DNA of 64,000 nucleotides from Styela clava (taxonomy: Eukaryota): positions 14,818,001 to 14,882,000 of the forward strand of contig NC_135252.1 of the NCBI RefSeq assembly GCF_964204865.1, in the 5' to 3' direction. Under the pieces are notes generated by a model. That model was not told the origin of the DNA, searched no databases, and worked only from the letters and a program-made list of their open reading frames with translations. How positions within the stretch are numbered: the first letter of the stretch is position 1; each line of letters starts with the position of its first letter. The position numbers and the translations under genes are program-made. Positions 14,401 to 28,461 of the stretch are shown in pieces.

Positions 14401-17400
14401 TCTCCAAATAATAAAGTGATCGCGTCATAAGGTATGCATGTCATCAAGTCCAACAAAAACCACGATTTCAAGTACTTTATTCTAATTGTTTTCAAATCTG
14501 TCACAATTTCACCTAAAAATAAAACAGCAAATGCTTTCTCGTGAATGTGAATTCTCTACATACAATTTATCACAATAGTGACAGTTGAAATTTTAAAGAG
14601 GCCGATGTTATATCACACTTTTGAACATGTCTTGATGAAAAGGGATATTGATTAACAAAAACACAAAAAATGCTACTGGTGCTAACGCCTATTATAACTG
14701 AATTTTCAATATAAATTGAACAATTGGGCCCATTCAGCATGGTAAGATCATAACAAATTTCTATACCATTATTTTTTATGTGACAGGGAAAGTGGTTTTA
14801 TACATTTTGTTGTTTAAGAACAATAATCATACATTTCGCAGTTACCCGCTACAGTTAAGATGACCTCAATATTTAGGAAGTAACATTTGGTGAGAAAAAG
14901 GTAACTAAACTGGGAAAAGTAAGTGCACGGAGACAATAATAAAAAAAAATCGTCCATCATAATTCATCACATAAATTAGTTAGAGCATAGATCAATTTTT
15001 CATATATGAACTTTGCCCCAGATACGTTTCTGGAATGAATTTTATCATGCAATGTCGAACGAATGCTATAAATAGATATGTCTTGTCATTCAAATTAGAA
15101 ATACCAACTAGAATAAAAGTCAAAGAAAAACGGAAGCAACCGGAAACGTCAACCCACCAGGTGTTATACGCACAACGTGACTAAATTGTTTTCAATTTTA
15201 CAAGAATTTCCCATAAGTCTAGCCGGGACATACATGTATAATAACGTTCTTAAATTGTGTCAGTTCAATCGAATGTGAATTGGATTAAAAATAAACACAA
15301 CACAATTTTGAATTTGTACCTACCTAGTCAATGAAAAGCTGATATATATATAGAGAGAGAGAGTACGATCGTGGCATTGTATGAAATAAAAACACATTTT
15401 ACAAATTTTCAATTTTATAAATTTCACAATGTGCAAGCTATGTTACCACAGAGATAGATATAATTCTGCCTTACTAATGAAAAAGTGTCTCTAGTAAAAA
15501 TTTCTGGATTCAAAACAATTCGTGATCGCTCGGCAACATCGCATGTATTTCGCTTTTCTTTCATTCAAGCGAATATAGTTCATAGGACTTCTTTGGATAT
15601 AACTCGCATGTAAAATAATTTTTATTTGATTTGAAAGCATCATAAAATGAAGATTGCCAAGATTTTAATTGATTTATAACAAAAAAATAAATAAGGAACA
15701 ATGATAAATTTGTTTCCTGTCTCGTTTGGTGTCATTAGTTGAAGGAATTACTACCGAGTTACGTCATAAGTGTGCAATTTATATTTTCAGAGTTGTCACG
15801 CATTACAGTCAATCATTTATTCTATAAATTATTTGTATAATTAGAATTTGGATCTGAAGAGAAATTCATTGTTACGGAATTAAACCATCTTTAGTCTCAG
15901 TTTGCCGTTTCTCAAAATTGTAATAAGAATAAAAAATGCAATCTTACAAAACTGGCATGATTTTACCTGGAGATTAATTTAAAGTAACGGCACAAGACAC
16001 ATTCAAATTGCTTGTAAAAGTATTCCGGCATACTATATTAAGATTGTAAGTTGGAACCTTATACAGTCTATTTAAAGTTGCCACGGCTATAAGTCATGCC
16101 GTAAATCCAGACTGGGTTTAAGCCTTCCTCCACCAGAGTCATGTCTTCCACTGGCTGGCGTATTGGGGGAGTTGCCAACACATGCCGTCTCTTGTGATCG
16201 AACTCTAAGCTTTATTGCAATGTTACTTGTTTTGTGTGGCCTTATTATGAGTTCACTTAATCAATAAGGCAATCAAGATATAATTTATATATTTATTTGT
16301 TATAGTCAGCACGTGAGCCAATTGTCTATGACCCTTTACGGTTGATAATTAGCCGAAAGTGAAAGTAATATCATCGTCGAGTGGTAAAGTTCGAAGCGTT
16401 CTACGTCACATTCGCGTGTCAGGACGATAAACAGCAGAATTGAGAAATTTTTGACAACAATGACTTGAGAAATCTAAGTGTTTTGATTGACGTCACGTTG
16501 ATTTGATATTTCCTGTCGGCTCGTGACTAACAATGTGATTAATATATTTCGCCATCGCCTCTTCAAATTCAATTTGAAATATTATTTTGAGAAGATTAAT
16601 GTTATTCACACTATCACCTTGAAGTACGATTGATTTATTGAAATTAAACGAGTAAGTTTAGTTTATTACTTCGATATTCGCGTATTTAGTGGATTAGAAA
16701 TGAACATTTTGAATGTTTATTATGGTGGGTACAATTAAGTCCAAAAAACTAATAGTAGATTGTCATTCCCCAACAAGTGGTAATTGGAAAACATAAAGTC
16801 ACGAAAAGACATTTGAAATCAAAGGTTTTTGTTCTAGCTAGTGATAACCAATTTGGAATTTAGAGCTCTGAAACCTTGACCTTTTAATCCGCCGATCGCT
16901 TTTAAATATTAATAATAAATATGATTTGATGATTGCACATTTTATATTGTATTTGATTTATTCGTGGAAAACGGTGCTTTTTGATTTTGATAACCTCTCC
17001 TTGTACCGAAACTAATTTACAGAGATAACTCAAAACACAATGAAAATCACATTGTTTCGAAAATATCAATGTTGTTATTTTCTTTGTTGAAACAAAGGAA
17101 ATTCACAAGAACAAAAACACCACCATTGATCAAATGACAAGATTAATGAAAACGGTCACGTTCTTATTAAAATAAATTGCTTAATTCGACAATTTTGGTT
17201 TTGGTCTTTGTGAATCACCAATTTTCTGGAAGCTAAAGCGTTTATATCTCTTCGTGTATGCGTAAAACCACATCACTCAAACTGTGAGGCGGGAAAATAT
17301 AAATAGTATTGGCTTTTGTTGGAACTCTTGATCAGGACACAAATGAATTTAAACCTATTTGCGCGGGATTATATATTACAGATACCTGACGCATATAGTG

Positions 17401-19491
17401 CTGGTGACTACTTTTAATCATTTATCCTTTAGATATACCTATTGCGTATGCAATATTTTGAAACGTTCCAACAGACTATACGCTTGTTCGAACCGTCAAA
17501 CGTAAGATAACATGTAATTGTTTTCACAAAATTGATAAAGAGAAAAAATAACGAGAATATTCTCTGGGCTTCTATAGTAAAATAACGAGTTTCTTATGTA
17601 ACAAAATGTAATGTAAAAGGTATGGATAAGAGTATAATAGTCACCAATGCTAAAATAGAATATTACCTTCCGATCCTGCCCTGGTAGTGTAAAAATTGAC
17701 GGTGACGTCAAGGATAAAAAATACATCAACCAGACTATCGACGATCAACCAGTTTTTGCTTTAGAAATAAATTAATAAAAATAAATAATATAATACTTTT
17801 TAAAAACGCTTCAGCATATTGCCACATTTTTTAAATGAAATCCAATTTTTAGTTAGGTAGGCAGGAAGGACGATTCACCAAATTCACCACAACTCAAAAG
17901 GCACATTGAAGTCGTTTACGGTAACTAATTTGGTTAGAGCTATGTGTACTTAGAATAAAAATTGGTAAAAAGGTAATCCAAACTGTACTGCAAATGTTAA
18001 AACTATTATTATTATTTGACAATTGACTATTGTCACGTAATCATCGTTTGTCTCGAGTTTAATCTTCTTCTTATTCAGCAAAAACATTAGATGTCAGTCA
18101 CGAGGAAATGGTAATGCAATTATTTTGCCTCATCACGTTTTCCCATAATATATTACTGCGACCATATTTCTTCGGGAATTTTTAAAATTTAGACTTTTTC
18201 GGTCCGAAATCACAGTATGTCTGGCGTGGGACATACATATGCAGGACTTAATGTGGTTGTCCATCTTTCGCCCATGCTAGAATTTATATAATACACGAAA
18301 CGTCGAATAACGAGACAAAATCAAATTAATACAAATGCGGATGAAGGATCTTACATCATCAAAGTAGTCGGGTCATCTCAAAAATAACGTTATCAATCAT
18401 CTCTGTAACCCGTAAAGGTCAAACAGTAAAATGAAATGAAAACTTTCCAGAATATATAATTTGAAACAGTTATTAATATAAACAATTTGTCGACAATAAT
18501 ATCAAATTATTCCAAGCTGCGATACAAATGTATTCTTATTCTCAGTCTAACAGACATAAACGATTTTAACACCTAAAATTTCCTGATACTATTCAGGTGT
18601 AATAAATTGGAAAGTCTATTCTGAACAGGTAAAGTTCTAGTTCCTTTATAAGCATGGCAGTTCAATACATATTAAGTGGCTTCTTCTCAAAGATATAAAA
18701 AATGGTAAGAACAAAAAAATGTGTAAATTTGAGTGGAAAAACAGCATTTACTAATATTCCATAATACCTTCTGTTCTTTATGTGAAATGCGGCAACCAGT
18801 GGAACCACGATAGCAGTATAGTACGTCAATGTTAGAACCACCCAGTCCCATGAAGTCTTAAAATCGCTGTAGTGCAAGATAATATTTGTATCTCTTTCTG
18901 GTCGTTCTCGTTTCGTCAGATCTTCTACCTCCTCTAAAAAGTTTAAGTTATCTATGTAGTAAGCTTTGCATTTTCAAGTAGGCTACTCCGAGTATAATCG
19001 TCTTTGCTAAATTTTCTGATGAGTGGGTTTTTAGTATTTTTTGAAAGAAGTTTGAGGGTTTTAACTGAATATTTAAATTGTTTTTATACGATTATTTATA
19101 TCTTTCTATGTCATCATTTTACGCTTGTTTATTAATGGGTACGAGTTTAAATTTTAAAAGTTAGTTTAAAACGTTTGGTACTAAAGTACCAAAAAAACTT
19201 GATTATTAGCGTAAGCTAATGAAAGTTCCAATTATAAAAAAAAATGACGATTACTCAAATATCTCGCCAAGTAAAATATATTTGACTGTGTATAACTAGT
19301 TTATTTTTTATCCTAATTTTTTATTTTATTTTTTCTATTCTTCAATCCATTCTACAATGCGTGAGAATTATCTATAAAATAATTGACTATTACCTATGAT
19401 TCATTGCCTTACCGGTTTCATTATTTTTAGTCAGCAATTTTCCGAATTTTTCTAAATTTTGCGTCTTGATTCCGCTTCCTGATGACGCCAT
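2498..19491 (-). CDS. eag: EAG/KCNH-family (Kv10-like) voltage-gated channel alpha subunit, divergent; 13 exons: 19413-19491, 18768-18951, 17667-17758, 14394-14512, 12754-12867, 11674-12118, 11240-11389, 10502-10701, 9903-10155, 3894-4105, 3420-3527, 3034-3129, 2498-2944 (2499 nt, ~832 aa)
   Basis: Manual splicing with GT..AG sites and matching phases gives one open frame. S1 IILHYSDFKTSWDWVVLTLTYYTAIVVP; S2 WLIVDSLVDVFFILDVTVNFYTT; S3 YLKSWFLLDLMTCIPYD; S4 MKVFRLFRLFRIARDLDRY; S5 LLCHWMGCGWYNIA; pore YSSCLYFTMTAVISQGFGNI; S6 LLYATILGNVTT. These are followed by a C-linker, a CNBH domain (HIAPGDLLIDKGEEIEYIYFVISGSLEII...VHALTYVDLEII...LSFDL) and a C-terminal coiled-coil-like segment. S1/S6 motifs are closest to the EAG subfamily. 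The first exon and start codon are the least certain parts. Confidence 0.92.
3894..4105 (-). CDS. KCNH exon 10 (second half of cyclic-nucleotide-binding homology domain); absent from the ORF track
   Basis: Acceptor ACAG| then (E)SCDSFGTTFWGPESKRRKGVNVSECAVHALTYVDLEIIRGEEVLDAMKLYTDIQRTLFRTFQLSFDLTKK, then |GTATT donor. The phase matches the donor at 9902. Matches the KCNH pattern 'G.GD.FG...V.ALTY.DL..I'. Confidence 0.9.
5555..6820. repeat. Diverged ~130-bp direct repeat pair (~5555-5680 and ~6693-6820) flanking a minisatellite
   Basis: AAACAATACCCCG...GTTACCGA...TTTATTTA.GGAATTTGCAA...CTTGACGATTTTGAT..TGTCA.GCCCTAATT occurs twice in the same orientation. Confidence 0.75.
5935..6310. repeat. 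Tandem repeat, ~104-bp unit, ~3.5 copies
   Basis: Unit core (G/A)AAAATACA...AAAATGTGTTTTGTTACATTTAAA.TAAAACATTTTTGCGATTAATTTAGATCA.ATTTTAC recurs at about 5948, 6053, 6157 and 6262. Confidence 0.9.
7758..7897. other. Assembly gap (140 N)
   Basis: Run of N; the motif GGCCCATCGTTGTCACGCGT occurs on both sides of it. Confidence 1.
7916..8954. repeat. ~1-kb imperfect palindrome (foldback/MITE-like element), arms ~500 bp, loop ~8421-8441
   Basis: The left arm CCGCCTCGTGGCCCATCGTTGTCACGCGTTTTTATTTT...TCAATCCATACCTCGA is the reverse complement of the right arm TCGAGGTATGGATTGA...AAAATAAAAACGCGTGACAACGATGGGCCACGAGGCGG. The right arm carries a ~60-bp insertion near 8795-8855. Confidence 0.95.
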
Positions 19492-22400
19492 ATCCTTATT
19501 TCTTGTTATGCCACAACCACAAATGGCTAGTTTCTCTGAATGTAATGACTTAACGAGAGGTAATATTGTTATATACTTTATTTTTTTATTACGCAACAGT
19601 TGTGTGTATTTCTTGGGCGAGAAAAACGAGTAAATCCAGTATAATTCGCAGTTGGGTATTTGTTACGCATGACTGTGCCATTAATTTCCGTCAACTAAAC
19701 TCAACAATTGAAAATGCATAAAAGTATTCGCTAATCCCACCTCGCCAGGCAAAATCCTCAACAGGTGGGTTGCGATATCAGTAACATTGATATAAAGACT
19801 TATTATGAACTGAATTATAGCATTTAATACTACCATTTACAACGTTTCATATAAAATATACAAAGGTTTGTATTAGAAACGTAAGTATGCACGATAATGC
19901 ATGGTATGAAAACTTTAGTATGTGAAGCCACAGCAACCACACATTATTGATGGTATGTGACAAAGATGGTCATGCCTCGCTGTGGAGAAACAAACAATCG
20001 ACACGGTCAAATTTTTAAAGCAGTGATTTAGTATTATTTGAAATATGTCGAAAAAGCTGTCTCTAAACTTCTTATCCGATAATGTACAAAACGCAATTAC
20101 GCAAACCACAGAACTTAACTCCTGTAATCTCGTTTAATCCACGAAAATATTAAAATCCACAGTTATCGGTTTATTCGTGGATTTACTTGAGCCGGTAGTT
20201 ATACAACAAAGGTTCAATCGACAAGTCGAAACGAGCACATATTTAACTATTCAAATGGACTTTCAGCTTTTACATAGGCCTCAAATAGCTGCCCAATTCT
20301 AGATGATAAAAACGCCAATTTTTAATTCAATTTTACCTACAGACTAGCATGGTAATAATTTGGTAATGTATTTTTCTTTGAGAAGTAATGTTATTCAGGG
20401 TATGGTGCCAATAACCTTCATTGGAAATACCATATTTACTTCGGATTCTCGCGTGTCACATATGTTCTAGGGGTCCGATTTTTGACCGTTTGAGAAATAA
20501 AAATATATGTGTAAATAGCCATTGTGTTATTTTTTATATTCTGAGTTTTTTTATCTACTATTTTTTTTTTTTTTTTGTAATTAGAACCATGTAAGTCTCG
20601 AAAAATTGCATTTTTTTAAAGAGGAATTTTAACGTCACTGATTCAAACCAGCGGTAAGATCAATTATATGATGCCTGCAATTTTTCTGGGAATCACAGAT
20701 CACAATCTTTTGAACAGTGACGAAATTAACGTGAAAAAATGACTAAAATTATCCCATGCGTCAGTAGAATTACGTTGGTTTATTCGTACGTCAGCACGCA
20801 ATGATATGTCAAGTTGACAAAAATGAACATTTATAAATTGTTACGACGAATTTATGTATTTAACGTTCATTTCGTGTGACACTGCGTAGCTACGTCAATT
20901 TTCTTCAAAACTTCAATTTACGAAATTTCAATCAAATACAGGCGTGGCAGAAGAAGAAGCATTTGGTTTAATGCGTAAATTAATTAGTCATTTAGTATAA
21001 CATTTCTCGAAAGAATATTTCACCTAAGGTTATTCTTTGATAATTTGAGATATATTTATTTATTTACTGTTTTAGTATTTATCTATTTATTTATATAAAT
21101 ATAACGTCTAATGTTTTGTTAACGGTATAATTTCCGGAAAATCAAGTTAGTGATGTCATTCCCAAAACGGAACTGCTGACAAAGTCCAGGGGGTTAAGAT
21201 TACGAAGCAAAATCTTTGCACTTGTGGAAAAGATCAAAAGTTTTTGCTTACATAAAATAGATAACATCCAATAATTTTATGATGTTCCCAAAAATAGACG
21301 AGAAGTGTATCTTAAAATTGAAGTAATTTCTTATCAGCAACAAATTGTTTATTTTTAGATGTCAATTTGATTTCCGAATTATGTCGAATCAGAGATGCTT
21401 GATCAAAGTTTGATATTAAATTGTACACGATGCAAATCTATAGATTTAGGGCAGTATCAAGTATGAACATACACGTCAAGTTATATCGCATAGGCGCGTG
21501 ATATTCTCAGGCCACGTTCGGTGTGGTATAATTTTTAAATTGGCGAATCAATGATAAAATAGCTAGATTGTAATTTATATCGTGGCTACAAGATTTACAT
21601 CAAACTAAATAAATATACATGACCTTGCGAGTTATTAAATTAAAAACAAACATGATGCGGGATGTTCAACATGTATGATTATTTATTTATTTTTTGCGAA
21701 GATGTGAGGCGTTGTCAATTTTCCACGTCGAATTTTTTATTTTGAAATTTGAAGTAGAAATATTTTTTTGAATGAATTTAAATTACGAAATAATGAATGA
21801 ACTGGAAAAAGTTCAATCTTGTCTCATTCAAAATAAATTCTGCTTTTAAAAGATAACAACCAGCATCGTGACCAGGTAATGAGAGTCTTGATTTGACACT
21901 CGGCATCATACTCTCTTTTGTGGTTAAAAATTGCTTTCTAAGAACTTGCGAAATATATAAAAATTTCATCCAACAAATTTCCCTGTGCCCTTCGGTAGCC
22001 GGGGTCGTTCAGCATGTCACGATTAACACATTGGCTAAAAATAGTTCAAATCGTGACAATTGAACCAAATATATCGGACTGATGTAAATTTGTTCTTCTA
22101 TTGTTCGCTTTTTTATTTTTTATTTTATCTGTCGCGTTTTTCAAATAAATGTTTCATGTATCAAAATATTATGTAATACAGATTATATATATAATGCTTG
22201 TTTTTTCCTTTTTAGAAAGCCTATTGTTTACAGTCAAAATGAGAGAAGACCTGTAAATTGTACTAGAATTCTGTAGTACTGTAAATTTTATGCTTCTAAC
22301 AATCCCTTTCTTCGATAAAAAGAATTACCCCCCCCCCCCCCCTAAGAACCTCACCCTGGCAACAAATCATGTTCTTGATATATTTAAACTTTTTAATCTA

Positions 22401-23143
22401 AGTTAACAATGAACAAGTTATATTAATAATTTATCATTTTAAACGTGCCGCAATGACAGCATTGTGATTTTAAAAAAACATCCTATTGACAAAATTATGC
22501 CGAATTCTGGTTTCAGTATTAACAACAAGCGTTGCCTACATACAATAAAACAACTTTGCATTTACGTTCAAGATATATTTGTGACAAGAAATAAAGAAGA
22601 AATGCAATGTGCAAAAAAAATTACCTTATATGAATTAACATAAAATATCATGACGTATTATATTATTCACCTTTTACATGGTACAGAAAGGTAGAAATCA
22701 GTGTTTCACGAAGCAATCATTTCCGTTAGGCAAAAATTATGACATCATAAGCGCTCACTCAAAGATAACGAAACTAAATCAAGGCAAAGTCTATGAAGAA
22801 ATAATGAAATATAAAGAAATTACCAACTATTATTAGGCGATGGTATCAAACGCGTCAGCGAATGTCTTTGGGAGACTTGAGCAATTTATTTATGTTTAAA
22901 TTAAATTGAATAAAATACCTGATGCCTGATTCAACTATTTTAAAACTGAAACTGCAACATCTGTCGATATGATATTATAAAATATATAATTTTTGTAATT
23001 TATTAGTCAAGATAAGGTCGGGAAATTTTCTGATTTATTCTATAAATATCGCTTCAAGTTTTATAAAAACAAATATAAATGATAAAAATCGAAACTCATA
23101 TCACGTATTTTGAACTGTATAAATTTTCTAGAAAAAAATCAAA

Positions 23144-24034
23144 TCAAAATCTAGGTAAATAGCAATGACATGCCACATCAACTTGTATCAGTTTTTCGTA
23201 GCACCCATAATTGGTACACTTGTCGAACGAAGGAATATACGATTTTCTGTAGATGACTGAAACGACAACAGGAATTGGCTTTGACACGCCATTCCACGTA
23301 TGTAGTCCAGTGTTTAGATCGATGCATCCTTTGCAAAGACAAGAAGCTTCAGTTATCACTTGCGGAAATCTAAAACAGAAAAATACACATATATTGGGAG
23401 GTAATCTTTGAACTTGAAAAAATGTACTCATTAATTTGATTCCCAATGAATTTTCTTAATTTGACCCCAGAAGTTGAAAATTCCTAAACTTATTTCGATC
23501 TGGCCTTTAACATATATGCCAACACAGATGATGTGTGATCATAGTATTTGTTCTGATTTATTGTTGATTGATCACTTTGTCCATTCTTTGAACACGTTAT
23601 ACCAACCTTGTTTCGTCGTAATGAGAACAATAATCCCACGGTGAGATACTCCTAAGATTTTCCTTCTTGACCCATTTCGGAAGATTTTCTCTGCAACTGG
23701 ATCTCGGTCTGCATCCGAGTGAACTTCCTACTTGATTATCCATTGTAATCAGTCTAGCCTGGAACACCTCAAACGGTTTAGCATAGGATGGTGCATCAGA
23801 ATATTTCTTGTAATATTTAATTCGTGGTCTCACTTTACCGTTCATCCTTATATTTGTTGGATTGTGAGCTACGCGTTGGCAAATACTTTTCAAATTTTGT
23901 GTCCTGAACATGTTACATTGCGACAGTATTGATGAATGAACTGGGACTTTACCCTTCGTGTATCTCTCAGTATAAACAATATTTCCTTGCATAAAACATG
24001 AAAACCCGAGGACTAAATGAATGAATTGATTCAT
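23144..24034 (-). CDS. IL17: IL-17-like cytokine 1; exons 23607-24034, 23144-23369 (217 aa)
   Basis: Signal-peptide-like MNQFIHLVLGFSCFMQG; RSISPWDYCSHYDETR|FPQVITEASCLCKGC...VACHC. These are IL-17 family hallmarks (RSxSPW, RxP, CxCxGC, terminal CxC). Phase-2 GT..AG intron. Confidence 0.93.
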
Positions 24035-24379
24035 TATATTTACGTTATTCTGAAACATGAAAAAGTATTTAAGTCTGAAAATATTTTACAAAAAGTTGAT
24101 AATATGATAAAACAACAAGAATAATACTCCTCCCAAAAATAAAAATCGAATAGGCCTTCATGAAAAAGGGATCACTAGGGATAACTTACAACAACTATTT
24201 GAGAACATATATATTCACAAATTGCACATTTATCAATCAGTAATCTGCGATTAAAAACGTATCGAAAAGTCACAATATCTGAAGCTGTAGTAATAAATAT
24301 ACTCTCAACAAAACTTTTAGTTTATGGAACAATTTTCGTCACCTATTGCTACAAACTCTCTGCATCATCTTCGCTTGGA

Positions 24380-24388
24380 TTTTATATA
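24380..24388 (-). promoter_or_regulatory. Putative TATA box of IL17-like 1, with a short noncoding first exon (donor near 24342, acceptor at 24050)
   Basis: TATATAAAA on the minus strand ~40 nt upstream of an AG|GTGACG donor; TTTCAG acceptor 15 nt before the ATG. Confidence 0.4.
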
Positions 24389-25464
24389 CGGATCAAGGAG
24401 TGCAAACAAAGTCGATCAAAAGATGGGTGGTTCGGCAAATGAGACCGCAAAATTTCGTCGATAACCTTGTAGTATAAGACTTGTTTTAATACAAACTAGG
24501 AAACTCTTCTCGGTGAACAGCACTGAATTTTATTGACAGTTCGACAAACTGACAATAATCGAATAAAAGCTAATAACTAGCATTAATTTTTTTTACCACA
24601 AAATGTTATTCAAGACAAATCCAGTTGATTTAGTCTACCTTTAATCTCCGTCCAGTATGGTAAAACAATGAAGATTTGTTCTTATAGCAATAAAACTCGT
24701 GGGTGTATTATAACTTCTATCTATAATTTTAATGTTAACTAAGTATAGGACTGATAGCCTAATTACATATTTCCAGAATTTATATAATTATTATTTAATC
24801 TGCATATTAACTAATGAACGGATAAATTAGCGCTACCGCAACAAAGAACTTCAAAATAAAGTACGTAATAAGGAACAAATTAAGATTGTGATTGCAGCAA
24901 CAGAAATGTTAATGACATGGCAGATTTTGAACAAAGTGGGATTCAATGATGGTTGTCTCCAAATTTAAACTTTGAATAATTTTCTCTTGTCTTCGCACGC
25001 GACGGTAATTGGTATATATATTAAGTAATTATTTTGTGAGTTTTTAGGAATAAAGCAAGGAGCTCAAATACATAATTATATGTATCAAACAAGTTTATTT
25101 TTATGTACTGATTACTTTGTAAATCTATTGAAACCCAGTACAAACACATGCAGATACTCACATATATATATTAAACAACTTTCCATGAGAAGATAATAAG
25201 AAATTTGCAATAAATAGGAGTAAATCAAGTTAAAGATACTGTACTAAAATACCAGTGTTTTTATTCACCACAAACTAATCATTTAAATGTTCTGAGTGAA
25301 TGAACGCGACTTTTGAGGAAAATGCAGCCAGTCCGAAGCTGCTTTATCTCTCCATGCACCAACGAGTAAAACAATGCTTTCGCACAAAATCTCCAACAAA
25401 ATATCAATGTTGGAATTCCGCGCTGGATAAACATGGGCATAATGTCAACTTAATTTGTAATACT

Positions 25465-25875
25465 TATTGGACACGAAGTGGACATAACGATCGTTCCAAC
25501 ATTATGTTGGTCTTGTTGTTGTTGTTGTTGTTCTTTGACACTTTTTGGACATCTAGTGGAAAATATAAAAAAAACGCTTTTCTCTTTCATTACTGGACCG
25601 ATTGCTTCGAAATTTTTACAGGTTAAAGATGAAGTTTTTCTCCAGAAAGCTATTACTTTTATTTAGTTCAAATATTTCTGTTAGCTCTGTGAGATTTTTT
25701 TTGTTTGCTATGACGTCATTAAACGTTCTGCGGACATCGGACGCCATTTTGTGTTCTACTGTACTGCTTCGCTTGGTGTGAATATATTTGTAGACTGTGA
25801 TCTGACGGTACGGTTAACCGTACTGTACTGCGAACAGACGTGTCCATATATTTGGGCGTAGCTCTCTTGTCCTAA
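25465..25875 (+). mobile_element. DINE-1/Helentron-associated-like short interspersed repeat (copy 1)
   Basis: Subterminal inverted motif GGACACG...CGTGTCC, an internal (TTG)n microsatellite and a 3' end CTCTCTTGT. The core (CCGATTGCTTCGAAATTTT...AGAAAGCTATTACTTTTATTTA...ATGACGTCAT...CGTGTCCATATATTTG) is shared with ~43413-43645. Confidence 0.5.
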
Positions 25876-27118
25876 TTTCATATGTGAGAAGTCTATTATG
25901 GATGTTACCACGAACTTAGGCGGTATACCTACAGGTTAGTATACATCAGCATCCTTTGAGTTACTTTGAAGAGGCAATTTAAAAATAATTACTATAATTT
26001 GCCAGAAAAATATACTAATTAGTAAACCCGTTGCGACATTATGCTTTTCATCATCGAGAGATAATTTGAATGGCACATTATTGAGTTATAAGGCAAGGCA
26101 GAGCACTGGTTTGTCACAAAATCCTGAAACAGAAATTTAACGATGATTTTCTACAAAATATTCAAGCATGTTGTACAATCAGTATACAATTTGGAAGCCA
26201 AACAAACGATTCACTTCAAAAAGTCAGTCACCATGATGTAACTTACAACGCAAATGGTCAACAACTCCAGCACACGAACGGATGAATGTTTACAACATTG
26301 GAAATTATAGATGACAAGTTTTATTGAATATAAATTGAAATTTGCTTGAAAATACAAAAACGTGATAATATTCCCCAGATTAAATGAACAAGGTAATGAT
26401 TTAACAAGAAGATAATCCCTCTTATAATTGATCTTGTAACGCCATCCAACAGAATTAGCCGCGCGTAATAATGAAATAGTGTAAAAATTGGAGCGTATCA
26501 GAACATAAATGCAGAGGGCGATGCTGGTTCAGCTTTATACAAAACTTTCAACTGACTGCCTGATAAACGATATTGCGGTTGTGACTTGTGAAAACCGATA
26601 ATGTTTAGGTAGACATAGTCTTGTTTAGTTTATTGAAATCGAACAAAGTTGGATCGGAGCAGATTCTAATCCAAGATGACCAATAAGATGCAACAATACT
26701 GCAATAAACACGGGACCATGTAAAATGAAATTGATACTGGACTAAAAGTTCCGTTAGACTACGCGCATGTCGTCTCTGACTATTCACATGGACAAGAAAA
26801 GTTTACAACTTGGGCATTGAATATCCTAGTATTTGGGTTGATATAGAGATGTCCATGCAAATAAATTCTGGTCGAGAGCACTAGATTCTTAATTCTACAC
26901 GGCTAATATGGGCAGACTACCTCAATAAACAATTGACTATCGTACAATAGAATTTATCGCGAATAAAAAAGTAAAATTAAAACGTGCCGAAAGGGAAAGC
27001 ATATTCACCGTGGTCAGTCCATCTGTAATTTCATCGGGGAACTGTTTCAGGTAAAATACTGTATCTAACTAAGTTAAATATATTTGTACTTTTTGTTTTC
27101 TAACGTTAAGTATCCATA

Positions 27119-28148
27119 ATGTACGCCCCAGATTATCTTCTCATTATATCCCTCTGTTGGTCAAGTTCGTTTGGAAAATTGTTACTACCAAAATTTAATG
27201 AGCGCATGTGTGAACAGTTCAAGACCGAAAAACTCAGAAATGCTTGTCAGCGAACTTACGGGAGTACCCATCATGCTCAGTTACAAAGTCATGCATACAT
27301 GAAATCAATGAAGGATCTATTTAAAGAGTATGAGGTTGGAAAATTCATGCTATCTGATCTTTCTACAAAACTTACGTCACACCGTCACCAACTCAGTATA
27401 CAACGAAATGATGCAGACAACGGGGTAGGCGTTTCTCTGAGGTGTCGAACAAATACTCCGTGTCCCATACCTCCAAACATTCCCCAAAATAAAGAAAACC
27501 TACGTAGCAGTGCTCCCTGGGACTACTGTTTACACTTTAAAGCTACACGGTAAGTGACTTAAAATTATTTCAGACTAGATATTCTGAATTCGAATTTTCC
27601 ATATCTACAGACATAATCATTTTAAGTTTTTAAGTCTAGTTTAAATCAAATGAAACCTACTACTTTGACTCGGATTTTCACATAGAATAAGAAATTGTTT
27701 TGTTAATCATGAGCTGCTGGCCTCATCTACTAACGCCTTGTCCGGAGCGTAATAGGTAAGGTAGGCAATACCTGAACATGAAAATTCCCCTCTTTTCTAA
27801 TTCAAAAGTGGCCCCAGAAGATAATTAAGATAAGCTAGTCACCAAAATTTGATTTATTTGCATCCAGCTGCCACGTCATTCCATATCTTTCAGATTTTAT
27901 TCTCTTTTTTAAGATTTCCGCAGTGGCTCAATGAAGCAGCATGTCTGTGTAAAGGATGCATTGATTTCAATACCGGACAACATGACAGAAACGTTGTATC
28001 TAAACCTGTTACAGTCATGATAACTGTTATCATGCGTTCACGTGCCATAAGCTCGTTTGCGGAGTGTACAAATCTTACTTGCTGGGAAAAGCAAATTAGT
28101 GTAGATGTTGGATGCCATTGTCATATACCAACATGGCCGGAACACTAA
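27119..28148 (+). CDS. IL17: IL-17-like cytokine 2; exons 27119-27549, 27914-28148 (221 aa)
   Basis: Signal peptide MYAPDYLLIISLCWSSSFG; KENLRSSAPWDYCLHFKATR|FPQWLNEAACLCKGC...VGCHC; phase-2 intron. Confidence 0.93.
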
Positions 28149-28461
28149 ATAAATGGAACCTGACATGGCAAAATTTATTTTGAACTCTGCTGTCTCATCT
28201 ATTTGATATTCTTGGTAATCGTCATGGTATTTCAAATGTATATTAATAAACACTAATTGAAAATTTGTTGTACAAGTGCTTTTTTATTAGATGTCGAGGC
28301 CTGACATGTGCATCATTATTATCATTACAATCGCACGGCATAAACAAATTAACGGTACTTGCTCTGATTCGTTTAAAAAGAAAAAATTGTATGAGAACCG
28401 TACATATCACTTTATCTATAAAACATTTCATTCGTAGAATGAGGAAGTATAACGTCTGAAT

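Noticed and set aside
19915-20109. Cys-rich ORF upstream of the channel as a PAS exon
   Set aside because: No resemblance to the eag PAS domain and no convincing splice phase link.
22860-23143. ATTTA AU-rich elements in IL-17 3' UTRs
   Set aside because: Present but expected by chance in DNA this AT-rich; cannot be supported without enrichment statistics.
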